DNA of 64,000 bases from Sphingomonadaceae bacterium (GTDB lineage: Bacteria > Pseudomonadota > Alphaproteobacteria > Sphingomonadales > Sphingomonadaceae): the NCBI GenBank assembly GCA_046348605.1, contig JAXMDW010000001.1:712739-776738 (forward strand), in the 5' to 3' direction. Below the pieces are notes generated by a model. The model was not told where the DNA came from, did not search any database, and worked only from the letters and a program-made list of their open reading frames with translations. How positions within the stretch are numbered: position 1 is the stretch's first letter; each line of letters opens with the position of its first letter. A program made the position numbers and the translations under genes. Positions 41,708 through 51,695 of this stretch are shown piece by piece.

Positions 41708-41784
41708 AGAATTGCCGAAAATTTGTCCCGCGAAGTCCTCAACGGGATATTGTTGTTGATATACATTTTGCAATGCCAACATAA

Positions 41785-41811
41785 TTGACGCGCAGTACGA
41801 ATCCGCTAATC
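41785..41811 (+). promoter_or_regulatory. Putative sigma70 promoter of argJ
   Basis: TTGACG...GCTAATC resembles the Caulobacter-type housekeeping consensus and ends 10 bp before the ATG. Confidence 0.5.
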
Positions 41812-41820
41812 GCGATCCTC

Positions 41821-43044
41821 ATGGAACGTTCCCCCTTAGCCCCCACCGCCTTTCCTGAACTCCCCACCATTGAGGGCGTGACGCTACGCGTGGCGCGGGC
41901 GCAGTATAAGGCGTGGGACCGCTGCGACCTCACTTATGCCGAATTGAGCGAAGGAACGAGCGTAGCAGGCGTCACGACGAAGAATCTCTGCTGCTCCAGT
42001 GAGGTCGAACTGTGCCGCGAGGGTATCAAGGGCGGCACGGCGCGGGCGTTGGTCGTCAATGCAGGCAACAGCAACGCCTTCACCGGCTATCGTGGCCGCG
42101 AGGCGGTGGAGCAAATCATGGGTCAGGTCGCGGGTCATCTTGGCTGCGCGGCGAGCGAAGTGTTCGTCTCTTCCACCGGCGTCATCGGCGTACCGCTGCC
42201 CAAGGATAAGGCGCGTGCGGGCGTGGACGCCGCGCTCAGTGCTGTCTCCTGTTCATGGGAAGATGCGGCTGAAGCGATCAGCACCACGGACACCTTCCCC
42301 AAGGGCGCTACTGCATCCGTGATGATCGGCGGCAATAAGGTCACGCTCTCCGGCATCATCAAGGGCAGCGGCATGATCGCGCCCGATATGGCGACAATGC
42401 TCGGCTATATCTTCACCGACGCGGCCATCGAACCCGCATTGCTACAGGAGATGATGAACGAGGCGAACGCGCGCAGCTTCTCCTGCATCACCGTCGATGG
42501 CGACACCTCTACCAGCGACACTGTGCTTGTCTTCGCTACCGGCAAGGCAGGCAATGCGCCGCTCGTCACGCGCGACAGCCCCGGCGCGGATGCCTTTCAG
42601 GCCGCCTTGACCGACATCTGCACCCAGCTCGCGCATCTCGTCGTGAAAGATGGCGAAGGCGCGCAGAAATTCATCGAGATCCGCGTTACCGGAGCGGCAT
42701 CGGACGATAGCGCTCGCCGCATCGGCCTCTCCATCGCCAACTCGCCGCTGGTGAAGACCGCGATTGCGGGCGAGGACGCCAACTGGGGTCGCGTCGTCAT
42801 GGCGGTCGGCAAGGCAGGCGAGCCCGCGAACCGCGACACGCTCTCGATCAGCTTCGGCGGGGTCGCGGTCGCCGCCAATGGCTATCCGGTCGAGGGCTAT
42901 GATGAAGCTCCCGTCGCCGCGCATTTGAAAGGCCAAACTATCGAGATCGGCGTCGACATCGGGCTGGGCAGCGGCAGCGCGACCGTGTGGACCTGCGACC
43001 TCACCCACGGCTATATCTCGATCAACGCCGATTACAGGAGTTAA
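41821..43044 (+). CDS. argJ: Ornithine acetyltransferase / N-acetylglutamate synthase
   Basis: NAGNSNA, STGVIG, TTDTFPK, KGSGMIAPDMATML, DGDTSTSD, DGEG, CDLTHGYISINADY. Confidence 0.97.
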   Translation: MERSPLAPTAFPELPTIEGVTLRVARAQYKAWDRCDLTYAELSEGTSVAGVTTKNLCCSSEVELCREGIKGGTARALVVNAGNSNAFTGYRGREAVEQIMGQVAGHLGCAASEVFVSSTGVIGVPLPKDKARAGVDAALSAVSCSWEDAAEAISTTDTFPKGATASVMIGGNKVTLSGIIKGSGMIAPDMATMLGYIFTDAAIEPALLQEMMNEANARSFSCITVDGDTSTSDTVLVFATGKAGNAPLVTRDSPGADAFQAALTDICTQLAHLVVKDGEGAQKFIEIRVTGAASDDSARRIGLSIANSPLVKTAIAGEDANWGRVVMAVGKAGEPANRDTLSISFGGVAVAANGYPVEGYDEAPVAAHLKGQTIEIGVDIGLGSGSATVWTCDLTHGYISINADYRS

Positions 43045-43050
43045 TTCTAG

Positions 43051-43683
43051 GTGAGCGACACCGGCCATCTGCTGCTGGCGTATTTCCTCATCGAGATCAT
43101 CGCCTGCCTGACACCCGGCCCAGCAGTAGCAGCCGTCACAGGCATCGCGCTCACAGGCTCTCTGCGCAGCATGATCGGCGCGGTCATCGGCATCAATACC
43201 AGCAGCGCGATCTGGTATGTCATGGCGGGCATCGGCCTCAGCGCGCTCGTTAAAAGCGCACCGCTGGCGTTTGCGATCCTCGGCTGGGCGGGCATCGGAT
43301 ATCTGATCTGGATGGGTATCGAGACATGGCGCGCCCATGCACATCTGGCGGCAAAAAAGGAACGGACGCAGATCAGCATGTGGAAGGGATTTTCCACCGC
43401 CGTCGCCGTCCAGCTGTCCAACCCCAAGGCGCTGGTGTTCTTCACCGTCTTCCTCCCGCCCTTCGTCAATGTGAACCAGCCGGTCGCGCCGCAATTGCTG
43501 ATTCTCGCGATCATCGGCATCGCAACTGAGGTGATGGTTCTCACCAGCTATGGCCTGCTCGCGTACAGGCTGGGCGGGCTTTCCCTTTCACCGCGCGCGG
43601 AAAAGCGGATGGGCCATATTCAGGGCGCATTGTTGATTGCCATTGGCCTCAGCATGGCGATGCTGCGATTGGGATATGTATGA
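43051..43683 (+). CDS. LysE/RhtB family amino-acid exporter
   Basis: TPGP, YLIWMG, NPKALVFF. Confidence 0.9.
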   Translation: MSDTGHLLLAYFLIEIIACLTPGPAVAAVTGIALTGSLRSMIGAVIGINTSSAIWYVMAGIGLSALVKSAPLAFAILGWAGIGYLIWMGIETWRAHAHLAAKKERTQISMWKGFSTAVAVQLSNPKALVFFTVFLPPFVNVNQPVAPQLLILAIIGIATEVMVLTSYGLLAYRLGGLSLSPRAEKRMGHIQGALLIAIGLSMAMLRLGYV

Positions 43684-44477
43684 CCGCTGCGTTAAAAGAA
43701 CCGGTGGCGGACCTGATCCGCACAGTAGCCGCCGAAGTCATCCTGCCACGCTTCCAGAACCTCGCTGCACATGAGGTGATCGAAAAAGCCGCGAATGACC
43801 TTGTTACGATTGCAGACCGAGAGAGTGAAGCGCGCCTGTCTGAGGGGCTTGCGCGCCTATTGCCAGAGGCGAGTATCGTCGGCGAGGAAGCCTGCGCTGC
43901 CGACCCATCCCTGCTCGCTGCGTTGTCGAATGATCTGTGCTGGATCATCGACCCTATCGACGGCACCGGCAATTTCGCCGCCGAGCGTGCGCCATTCGGG
44001 GTGATGGTCGCACTCACCGAACGCGGTGAGACGATCGCCGGATGGATTTACGATCCCCTGACCGGCCGCCTCTGTCATTCCGAGCGCGGCAAGGGCGCGA
44101 CGATTAACGGCGAGCGGATCGAGGCACGGACAAGCGGTGCGGCTGTTCCGGTCGCGGGCATATCGACGCTATTCCTCGACGCGCAGGAGCGCGCGGAAAT
44201 GGAGGCGCGCGCCACGGGCAAGCTCGACCTCGTCGGCATACCCCGCTGCGCTGCGGAGCAATATCCCCGCATCGCGCTGGGCCAGAATGACCTCGCGCTG
44301 TTCAAACGGACTCTCGCCTGGGATCATGCGGCGGGCGTATTGTTTCTGAACGAAGCGGGTGGCATGGCCTGCCGATATGATGGAAGCCCCTATCTCGCGT
44401 CATCCGATGAAGAGGGCATGCTCGCGGCGGCTTCTCCTGCGATGTGGGACAAGGCGGCGCGCATTTTGTTCGATTGA
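43680..44477 (+). CDS. Inositol monophosphatase family protein
   Basis: VTIAD, GEE, WIIDPIDGT.NF, WDHAAG. Confidence 0.92.
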   Translation: MTAALKEPVADLIRTVAAEVILPRFQNLAAHEVIEKAANDLVTIADRESEARLSEGLARLLPEASIVGEEACAADPSLLAALSNDLCWIIDPIDGTGNFAAERAPFGVMVALTERGETIAGWIYDPLTGRLCHSERGKGATINGERIEARTSGAAVPVAGISTLFLDAQERAEMEARATGKLDLVGIPRCAAEQYPRIALGQNDLALFKRTLAWDHAAGVLFLNEAGGMACRYDGSPYLASSDEEGMLAAASPAMWDKAARILFD

Positions 44478-44487
44478 GAGGTGATAA

Positions 44488-45099
44488 ATGATAACGATCT
44501 GGGGCCGTCCCAATTCGCATAATGTGAAAAAAGTCCTCTGGCTCGCCGAGGAACTGGGGTTGGACTTCGTACGCCATGATGTCGGCGGCTCGTTCGGCTA
44601 TCCTGAGGATTATACCGCCAAGAACCCCAATCGCCTTGTCCCGACGCTGGAGGATGGCGAGCTGGTTCTGTGGGAATCCAACGCCATCCTGCGCTATCTC
44701 GCCGCCCAATATGGCGGAGAGGCATTCTGGCCGAGTGCGCCAACTCAACGCGCATTGGGTGACAAATGGATGGACTGGCAATTTACGCTTGCAGACGCGC
44801 AGCGCGATGCTTTTCTCGGTATGGTGCGGACCACGCCCGATGATCGGGACAACGCAGCGATCAAAAAGAGCCTATCTGACTCTGCCCGCCTGTTTGGGTT
44901 TGTTGAACACGCACTGACTCAGACACCTTGGTTATCTGGAGACACATTCGGCATCGGCGATATACCTGTAGGTGTTTACGTCCGCACCTTCGCAGGTATC
45001 GGCGGAGACACCACAACCATGCCGCATCTCCAGAACTGGTATAAACGCCTGCAACAACGGCCCGGCTATGCGTGCCATGTGATGATCCCGCTGACCTGA
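44488..45099 (+). CDS. Glutathione S-transferase
   Basis: WGRPNSHNV, NPNRLVP, WESNAILRYL. Confidence 0.92.
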   Translation: MITIWGRPNSHNVKKVLWLAEELGLDFVRHDVGGSFGYPEDYTAKNPNRLVPTLEDGELVLWESNAILRYLAAQYGGEAFWPSAPTQRALGDKWMDWQFTLADAQRDAFLGMVRTTPDDRDNAAIKKSLSDSARLFGFVEHALTQTPWLSGDTFGIGDIPVGVYVRTFAGIGGDTTTMPHLQNWYKRLQQRPGYACHVMIPLT

Positions 45100-45105
45100 G
45101 AGCGC

Positions 45106-46998
45106 TCAGCCAAACAAGCGGTTGAGCGATTTATCCAGCACCAGAAGCTGCCACAGCAAGCGGCCATGATCGGCCCGGCCTGACTTGTGATCCTTCGCCA
45201 GTTTCGCCATCATAGTCCGATCGAACCAGCCGGTGCGCGCCAGCAGCGATCCCTCCGCCACCGCTGCGGCCTCGCCCGCCAAAGCGTGACGAAACCAGTG
45301 TGCGATGGGCGTCACGAAGCCCATTTTGCCGCGATAGAGGATGTTGTGCGGCAGATACGGCTCCATCGCGCGCTTCATGAGGTACTTGCCCGTATTGCCA
45401 TGGATGCGCTGGCCGACAGGCAGCCGCGCGGCGAACTCCACGAGGCGATAGTCCAGCAGCGGCTCCCGCGCTTCGAGACTCACCGCCATGCTCATCCGGT
45501 CCGTCTTGGTGAGGATGTCTCCGGGCAGCCATATCTTGAGATCGGCATATTGGGCGCGGTCGATCGGATCGCGCGCGGGCGCGCTTTCCATCGTCTTCAC
45601 AATCCGGTCTTCGGCCCGATGGCCGGAAAGCGCACGCGTAAACTCCGGCGCGTAAAGCCGTGTCCGCAACTCCGGCGGCGTGAACCCGACCGAGCGCGCA
45701 TAGGCCTCCGCCCCGCTCATCGCCAATTCTTGAAAGGTCGATTTGGCCCGCAGGAACCGTGGCGCCCAATCCGCCTTGGGCCAGATGCTCCCTAGAGCGC
45801 CGAATACCGGCCCGCGTAGTCCTTGGGGGAGCAGACGCCGCATCCCCTCGCCGCGATGCTGGAACAAATGGCGCCGATAGCCCGCAAACGCCTCGTCCGC
45901 GCCGTCTCCCGACAGCGCCACCGTCACCTCTTCCCGCGCCAGCTCGCACACCCGGAACGTCGGCAGCGCCGAGGCATCGGCGAAAGGCTCATCGAAATGC
46001 CCGACGATGCGGTCGAGCAACCCATAATCGTCTGGCGAAACGATCTTCGTGCGATGATCGGTCGCAAACCTGCGCGCGACATGGTCGGCATAGTGGCGCT
46101 CATCGAGGCTATCGACATCGAAGCCGATGGTGCTGGTCTTGACCGCCTGACGCGATTGCTCGGCCATCAGCGCTACGACTGAGCTGCTATCCACCCCGCC
46201 GGAAAGAAACGCGCCCAGCGGCACATCCGCCACCATGCGTGAGCGTACAGCGTCGCGCATCAGCGCCACCAGTTCCTCGGCCAGCGCGGCGGGCTTCGCG
46301 TCCGAACGGTCTGCAAAGCTAACATCCCACCAGCGGCGCGGCGGCGGCAGCTCCCGGCCTCTCACCAGCCGCAGATGCTCGCCCGCACCCAGCTTCTTCA
46401 CGCCCGCGATAATGCACGCGTCATCTGGCACATAGCCCAGTGCGATATAGTCCTCGACCGCGCGCAGATCGGGCTCCCGCCGCAACAGTGGATGCGCGAG
46501 CAGCGCCTTCATTTCCGATCCGAAGATCAAGCTGCCGTCAGACACCTGCGCGTAATAGAGCGGCTTGACGCCAAGCCTGTCCCGCACCAGCCAGAGAGAC
46601 TGCGTCGCCGGTTCATAGAGCGCGAAGGCGAACATGCCGTTGAACCGCTCGACGCAGGACTCACCCCACTGGCGATAGGCGTGAAGGATCACCTCGGTAT
46701 CGCTATGGGTACGGAAGCGATGCCCGCGCGCTTCCAGCTCAGTGCGGATCTCCGCGAAATTATAGATCTCACCATTGTAGGTAATAATGAGGCTACCGTC
46801 GGCATTCACCATCGGCTGCGCGCCGCCTGCGAGGTCAATTATCGAGAGGCGGCAATGCCCCAGCCCAACACCCGGCGCGGTCCACACACCGGTCCCATCC
46901 GGCCCGCGATGCGGCATGGCGTCGATCATCGCCTGCACACGCGCGGGATCGACCGGCTTTGCTGTCTCCAGATGAAAGATACCCGCGATTCCACACAT
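45106..46998 (-). CDS. XrtA/PEP-CTERM system amidotransferase (asparagine synthase-like)
   Basis: MCGIAG Ntn start, HRGPD, RLSIID, NGEIYN, SGGVDSS, SGDGADE; adjacent to the exosortase. Confidence 0.9.
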   Translation of the reverse strand: MCGIAGIFHLETAKPVDPARVQAMIDAMPHRGPDGTGVWTAPGVGLGHCRLSIIDLAGGAQPMVNADGSLIITYNGEIYNFAEIRTELEARGHRFRTHSDTEVILHAYRQWGESCVERFNGMFAFALYEPATQSLWLVRDRLGVKPLYYAQVSDGSLIFGSEMKALLAHPLLRREPDLRAVEDYIALGYVPDDACIIAGVKKLGAGEHLRLVRGRELPPPRRWWDVSFADRSDAKPAALAEELVALMRDAVRSRMVADVPLGAFLSGGVDSSSVVALMAEQSRQAVKTSTIGFDVDSLDERHYADHVARRFATDHRTKIVSPDDYGLLDRIVGHFDEPFADASALPTFRVCELAREEVTVALSGDGADEAFAGYRRHLFQHRGEGMRRLLPQGLRGPVFGALGSIWPKADWAPRFLRAKSTFQELAMSGAEAYARSVGFTPPELRTRLYAPEFTRALSGHRAEDRIVKTMESAPARDPIDRAQYADLKIWLPGDILTKTDRMSMAVSLEAREPLLDYRLVEFAARLPVGQRIHGNTGKYLMKRAMEPYLPHNILYRGKMGFVTPIAHWFRHALAGEAAAVAEGSLLARTGWFDRTMMAKLAKDHKSGRADHGRLLWQLLVLDKSLNRLFG

Positions 46999-47010
46999 GC
47001 TGTTTACGCC

Positions 47011-48513
47011 CTAGCGATTTGGCGCGATGGCGTCTGCCAGAGAGTTGGGATCGCCCAGAGATTTAACGAATGCGCGGATGGCGGCCTCGGCAGGCGCGCC
47101 CTCCCTGTCCTCCGCGGAGATGAGAATTGCGATTGCGCGCTGGTCGCGCATCAGGAGTTTGGCTGTCATGGTGTCGAACTTGATTGCTGCGGCGCTCCCC
47201 GTCATCCCCGATCCGCCGACGCGATAGAAAGTCACGACATGCCGCCGCACCGGCCCCGGCGCAGTGATGATTTCGCCGCGCGCGTTCGAAGGCGCCCATG
47301 CGGGGGACGTCCATGCCCATTCGCCAGCCGGATCGACCGCGCCCTGCCCGAAACCAATCAGCTCGCGCCCTTCGGCCTGCCGATCATAAGCGATGATCGC
47401 TAGATCGACGATATGGCCGTTCCCATCAGCATAACGCGCCTGAAAATGCCGGTCGGCAGCCTCGAAATGCGGTGACCACGGATACGCCATCGGCGCATGA
47501 GCAGTTTGCCAGCCCTGAATTTCTGGTGCTTCGATCCGCGCCAGCCCTTTTGCACCGACTAGCGCGGACAGGTGACTATAGGCGGGGGCTGCCGCCATTA
47601 GGCCAAGCGCCAATGCTGCCGTCATCGAGCGCATAAATCTGTCAGCAGTTAGCTTGCGCATGCGCTCCACATCAATCCCATGCTCGCCCGGCATGCGATC
47701 GAAAAACGGCCATGCAGCGAGTATCACGCCTGCCATCACGATGGCGAAGAACAGCCAGCCCCACACGACATGATCGAAGCCCTGCGCGGTTTCTATCCCT
47801 CGCTTGTGCGCGACATAAATGGTCGCGAACGCACGCACGCCGTTGGCAAGCACGCAGGTGGCGAGCGCGAAAGCGAGGAAGAACCCCCGCCGCACCCAAG
47901 ACCGAAAACATACATTGCAGACAAGCACGGCATAGGCCGCCATCGCCACCACGAACTTCGCGCCAGAGCAGGCCTCGGCCACCTTGAAATAGCCATTGGG
48001 AATCGTGATGAACACGCCCTCGATATGCGCCGGTATCCCTACCAGACCGAGCAGCCCCATTGCCATCTTCGCAGTCAGAAGTTGCAGCGCGGGTTCCATC
48101 TCGCTGCCAATCGGGATCAGGAAGAACGCATAGAAGAGCGGGAACAGCAGCGCCCGCGTCAGTTGCGGCCCAAGACTTGCCGCCACGACGCCCTGAAGCA
48201 TCAGAATGAGTCCCGCATGGCGCAACACGCCAAGGCTCGCGGCATCGCCGAGCAGCCACACGAACGCGCCACCGCCGAGCCAGACGAGTCCCCATCCCCA
48301 AGTGCTCGGCTCCAGGGCGCGCAATATAGGCGCTCGCATATGCACCAGCCAGCCGATCAGCAGTGGGATGAACAGGCAATGCCCGTAAGTGGAGCTAGTC
48401 CACCAGATGCGCGCCATATCAAAGGCGTCATGATGGAACAGGGCGAGCACTGCGCCCGCGAGTATACCAAGCAAGAGCAGATACTCACGCCAGCGTTCAC
48501 CGGCGGATGTCAT
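47011..48513 (-). CDS. xrtA: Exosortase A with C-terminal EpsI-like domain
   Basis: Multi-TM protein with VAEACSG (catalytic Cys), NGVR (Arg) and DH..WGW (His); periplasmic C-terminal domain. Confidence 0.92.
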   Translation of the reverse strand: MTSAGERWREYLLLLGILAGAVLALFHHDAFDMARIWWTSSTYGHCLFIPLLIGWLVHMRAPILRALEPSTWGWGLVWLGGGAFVWLLGDAASLGVLRHAGLILMLQGVVAASLGPQLTRALLFPLFYAFFLIPIGSEMEPALQLLTAKMAMGLLGLVGIPAHIEGVFITIPNGYFKVAEACSGAKFVVAMAAYAVLVCNVCFRSWVRRGFFLAFALATCVLANGVRAFATIYVAHKRGIETAQGFDHVVWGWLFFAIVMAGVILAAWPFFDRMPGEHGIDVERMRKLTADRFMRSMTAALALGLMAAAPAYSHLSALVGAKGLARIEAPEIQGWQTAHAPMAYPWSPHFEAADRHFQARYADGNGHIVDLAIIAYDRQAEGRELIGFGQGAVDPAGEWAWTSPAWAPSNARGEIITAPGPVRRHVVTFYRVGGSGMTGSAAAIKFDTMTAKLLMRDQRAIAILISAEDREGAPAEAAIRAFVKSLGDPNSLADAIAPNR

Positions 48514-49742
48514 GACGCCTCGCCCAGCACTATGTCGCGCAGGGGGCTAAGCGTCGCCGCCCAAGCATAGCGCTGCTCCATACGCTTCCGCGCGGCCATA
48601 CCAAGAGTGGCGGCGCGAACAGGTTCAGCAATCAGCCGGAGAACCGCTTCCGCTTCCTCGCCGGGATCGGAGGCGATTACCAGATGTACGCTATCCGCCG
48701 CGTCTATCCCCTCGGCGGCTTGCGGACTGGCTACGACCGGGCGTCCCATCGCCATCGCTTCCAACACCTTGTTCTGGATGCCGCGCGCGATCCGCAAAGG
48801 CGCCACAACGACATCCGCCGCCGCCAGCCACCCCCGCACATCCGGCACGCCACCCGTCACGATCATGCCGGGCAGGTCCGCCAGCGCTGTAACCTCCGGC
48901 GTCGGATTGCGGCCCACTATAGCAAAAATCGCGCCGTCATGCGCCGCCCGGATCGCCGGAAACGCATCGCGCGCAAAGCTTGCCACCGCCTCGATATTCG
49001 GGCGGTAATCCATCTGCCCGGTGAAGACGATCAGCGGCGCGCCCGGCTTTTCTATCGCCTCGAACGCCGCCACTGGATTGAAGAAATCGAGATCGACACC
49101 ATTGTCGAGCGCGCGAATATCGGCTCCTTCAACACGGGCCGACTGCTGAAACATATCCGCCTCTGCCGCGCTCACAAACAGCGAGACATCAGCCCGTAGC
49201 GTCGTCTCGCGCTCGAACTCCATCAACACGCGGCCCTCGCGCCGGTTGACCCAGCCCATGACGCCGCCCTGCTCCGCACCATAAGCCGCATATTTGGCGC
49301 TGTCGAAATCGACGAAATCCATGATGAAGCGCACGCCCGTCGGCAGATCGCGCGGCACGAAATGCGCCATCTGAGCCGAGTAGGCGACAATCGCGCGGAT
49401 GGGCCGCTGGCGCAGAACCTGCCGCACCCATGCGTGCATCCGCGCGCTATCATACATCGCGACCAGCATCGGCTGGTGCCGGAGCAATCCGTTCAGCCCC
49501 GCCACCGCACGGGAACGCTCCCGCATCAGCACGCACTGGCTCGCGGTGAGCGCGGCCATATCCTCCGCAAAACTTATGTCCCGCGCATCGTCCGCAAAGT
49601 AGCCGACATGCACCGGGCCTATCTCCCTCAGCGCGTGCAGCATGTGATAGGAACGGATCTTGTCCCCCCGGTCCGGAGGGAACGGGATGCGGTGCACCAG
49701 AAACAGGATTTCGCCCCGCTCCTTCATGTCATGCTCCGTCAT
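48510..49742 (-). CDS. PEP-CTERM/XrtA system glycosyltransferase (GT4)
   Basis: HRIPFPPDRGDKIRS, GQMDYRPN, ARGIQNKVLEAMAM; start about 49742. Confidence 0.9.
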   Translation of the reverse strand: MTEHDMKERGEILFLVHRIPFPPDRGDKIRSYHMLHALREIGPVHVGYFADDARDISFAEDMAALTASQCVLMRERSRAVAGLNGLLRHQPMLVAMYDSARMHAWVRQVLRQRPIRAIVAYSAQMAHFVPRDLPTGVRFIMDFVDFDSAKYAAYGAEQGGVMGWVNRREGRVLMEFERETTLRADVSLFVSAAEADMFQQSARVEGADIRALDNGVDLDFFNPVAAFEAIEKPGAPLIVFTGQMDYRPNIEAVASFARDAFPAIRAAHDGAIFAIVGRNPTPEVTALADLPGMIVTGGVPDVRGWLAAADVVVAPLRIARGIQNKVLEAMAMGRPVVASPQAAEGIDAADSVHLVIASDPGEEAEAVLRLIAEPVRAATLGMAARKRMEQRYAWAATLSPLRDIVLGEAS

Positions 49743-49747
49743 GACGC

Positions 49748-50791
49748 CTAACCTAGTCCGCGCGAGATATAAGGACCAACAAAGCTCGCCACCGACAACG
49801 GCAGCTTCTTCCATAGCTCGACTTTGCGCTGATATTGCGGCGAGAGCGGATTGATGTCCCGCGCCTCGCATCCCGGCGCAGCGCGCGTCGCGTAGGTCAG
49901 CGGCTCCCCTTCCCAGCCCCAGGTCTTTTTCCACGCCGCGGGGCCGGTACCCACCTTGGAGCGACCGAAATCGAAAATTGTGCAACCCCGCTCGCGCGCA
50001 TAGCCCATCAAGCGGAAATAGCCGACCTCGTTCGAGCGCATCGCCCGCGCCGCATAAGCCGCGCCCTGATAATAGGGCATGCACACGCCACGGTGATAGA
50101 GCGAAAAGATGGTAGTGAGCGGCGCACCGTCCTTGCTGACCAGAAGGATATCGGCATCCTCTCCGAACGCAACCAGCACCTCGGAAAACAGCGCCTTGGG
50201 GAAAACCGGTGTGCCGAGGCGGTGCACATTCTCGGCGTAGAGGCGGTAATGGATTTCGCTCAGTCGCGCGCTGCGGCCGACCTCGACCGTGAGGCCATTG
50301 TCCAGTCCCTTGCGCACCTCCGCGCGATGTTTTCGCGGAATAGAAAGAAGCTGCGCTTCATCATTGATTTCTAATGGTTTAGAGAATCCTAGGTAGCTGT
50401 CGGCCTTCAGTCTCCACAATGATTGCGGCAGCGCTCCCCCGCGCAATTCTGCCGTCGGACAACTCTGCGCTTCCGCCAGTTTCCAGCACGCTTCTGCCAA
50501 TTCGTCGGCCACTAGAGCATCGTCTGTCAATATGCCGCCGTCGACAGCAAAACCGCTCGATACCAATACCCGGCCAAACAACGGCGAATGAATCAGGTTG
50601 AGCGGTAGAACGCCTGCAATCCTGCCGCCCTGACGGCACACAAGCATCAGCGCCTGCTGCCCGGTGCCTCGCGCCACCGCGCCGATCCATGCCGGGCGAT
50701 GAAAGGGCGTGGATGCGGGATGCGCAGCTATCCACGCCTCCAGCTCCGCCGCTTCCCGCGGGTCGTCCAGATTGGCGAGGGATATCGTCAT
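49748..50791 (-). CDS. FemAB-like XrtA/PEP-CTERM system GNAT-fold protein
   Basis: TPFHRPAW, RKHRAEVRKG, LGTPVF, FDFGRSK.GTG...K..WG. Confidence 0.88.
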   Translation of the reverse strand: MTISLANLDDPREAAELEAWIAAHPASTPFHRPAWIGAVARGTGQQALMLVCRQGGRIAGVLPLNLIHSPLFGRVLVSSGFAVDGGILTDDALVADELAEACWKLAEAQSCPTAELRGGALPQSLWRLKADSYLGFSKPLEINDEAQLLSIPRKHRAEVRKGLDNGLTVEVGRSARLSEIHYRLYAENVHRLGTPVFPKALFSEVLVAFGEDADILLVSKDGAPLTTIFSLYHRGVCMPYYQGAAYAARAMRSNEVGYFRLMGYARERGCTIFDFGRSKVGTGPAAWKKTWGWEGEPLTYATRAAPGCEARDINPLSPQYQRKVELWKKLPLSVASFVGPYISRGLG

Positions 50792-51657
50792 GACGCCGGC
50801 CAGCATGACGCGTCTTTCGTCTGATCCGCAAGAATGTCCTTAACCCGCCCCCAGCGAAACTCCCGGATCAGCCGCTCCAGCTTCGCGGCCGTGGTCGAAA
50901 GGTTGGTATAATGGCGCAAACGCGACTTTAATGGCGCATGCGCAACGCGCGGCTGATCGGGGTCGATCTCCCACGGGTGGAAATAGAAGATCGCCGGGCG
51001 TTCATCCTGCCGGTTCACCTGCCCCACCGCCCAGCGCGTGAACGCATAGGGCATCAGCCGGAAAAAGCCGCCGCCACCCGCTGCAACCGTCCGCCCCATT
51101 GCCCGCGCCGTCGTTACCGGCAATTCGACAAGTGGCGAGTCCGCGAGCGGTCGATAGGCAAAGCGCGGTGCCTCCGGCCAGCCATAATGATCGTGCCGAA
51201 CCGGCGCGACGCTACTGGAATATGTGTAACCTTCCTCAGCGAGGATCGCATGCGCCCAAGGCGTACGCGCATCAATCGAAAAGCTAGGCGCGCGATAGCC
51301 CTGCACCGGCACTGCGCCCGCCTGCTCCAGTAGCGCACGCGATTTGCGCAGGTCGGCGCGAAATTGCTCCGGTGTAAAAGTGAAAACCCGCTTATGGTCA
51401 TAGCCGTGGCTGGCAAGCTCATGCCCGCCTTTGACTATGCGACGTATGAGGTCCGGGTGCCGCTCCGCTACCCACCCCAGCGTGAAAAACGTCGCGCGGA
51501 CATTGGCGCGATCAAACAGCTCCAGCAGAAAGTCGGTGTTATCGGCAACCCGCGACTCGCAGCTTTCCCAATCGACGCGTTTTATTGTGGTCTCAAAGGC
51601 ACCAACCTGAAACCAGTCCTCAATATCAACAGACAAGGCATTGATAATATATGACAT
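50788..51657 (-). CDS. XrtA system polysaccharide deacetylase
   Basis: SVDIEDW, ATFFTLG, HELASHGY.H, YRAPSFS, YFHPWE. Confidence 0.92.
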   Translation of the reverse strand: MSYIINALSVDIEDWFQVGAFETTIKRVDWESCESRVADNTDFLLELFDRANVRATFFTLGWVAERHPDLIRRIVKGGHELASHGYDHKRVFTFTPEQFRADLRKSRALLEQAGAVPVQGYRAPSFSIDARTPWAHAILAEEGYTYSSSVAPVRHDHYGWPEAPRFAYRPLADSPLVELPVTTARAMGRTVAAGGGGFFRLMPYAFTRWAVGQVNRQDERPAIFYFHPWEIDPDQPRVAHAPLKSRLRHYTNLSTTAAKLERLIREFRWGRVKDILADQTKDASCWPAS

Positions 51658-51695
51658 CAATGCTCACTCTCGGTTCACAAGCAGCTTCGCAGCGC

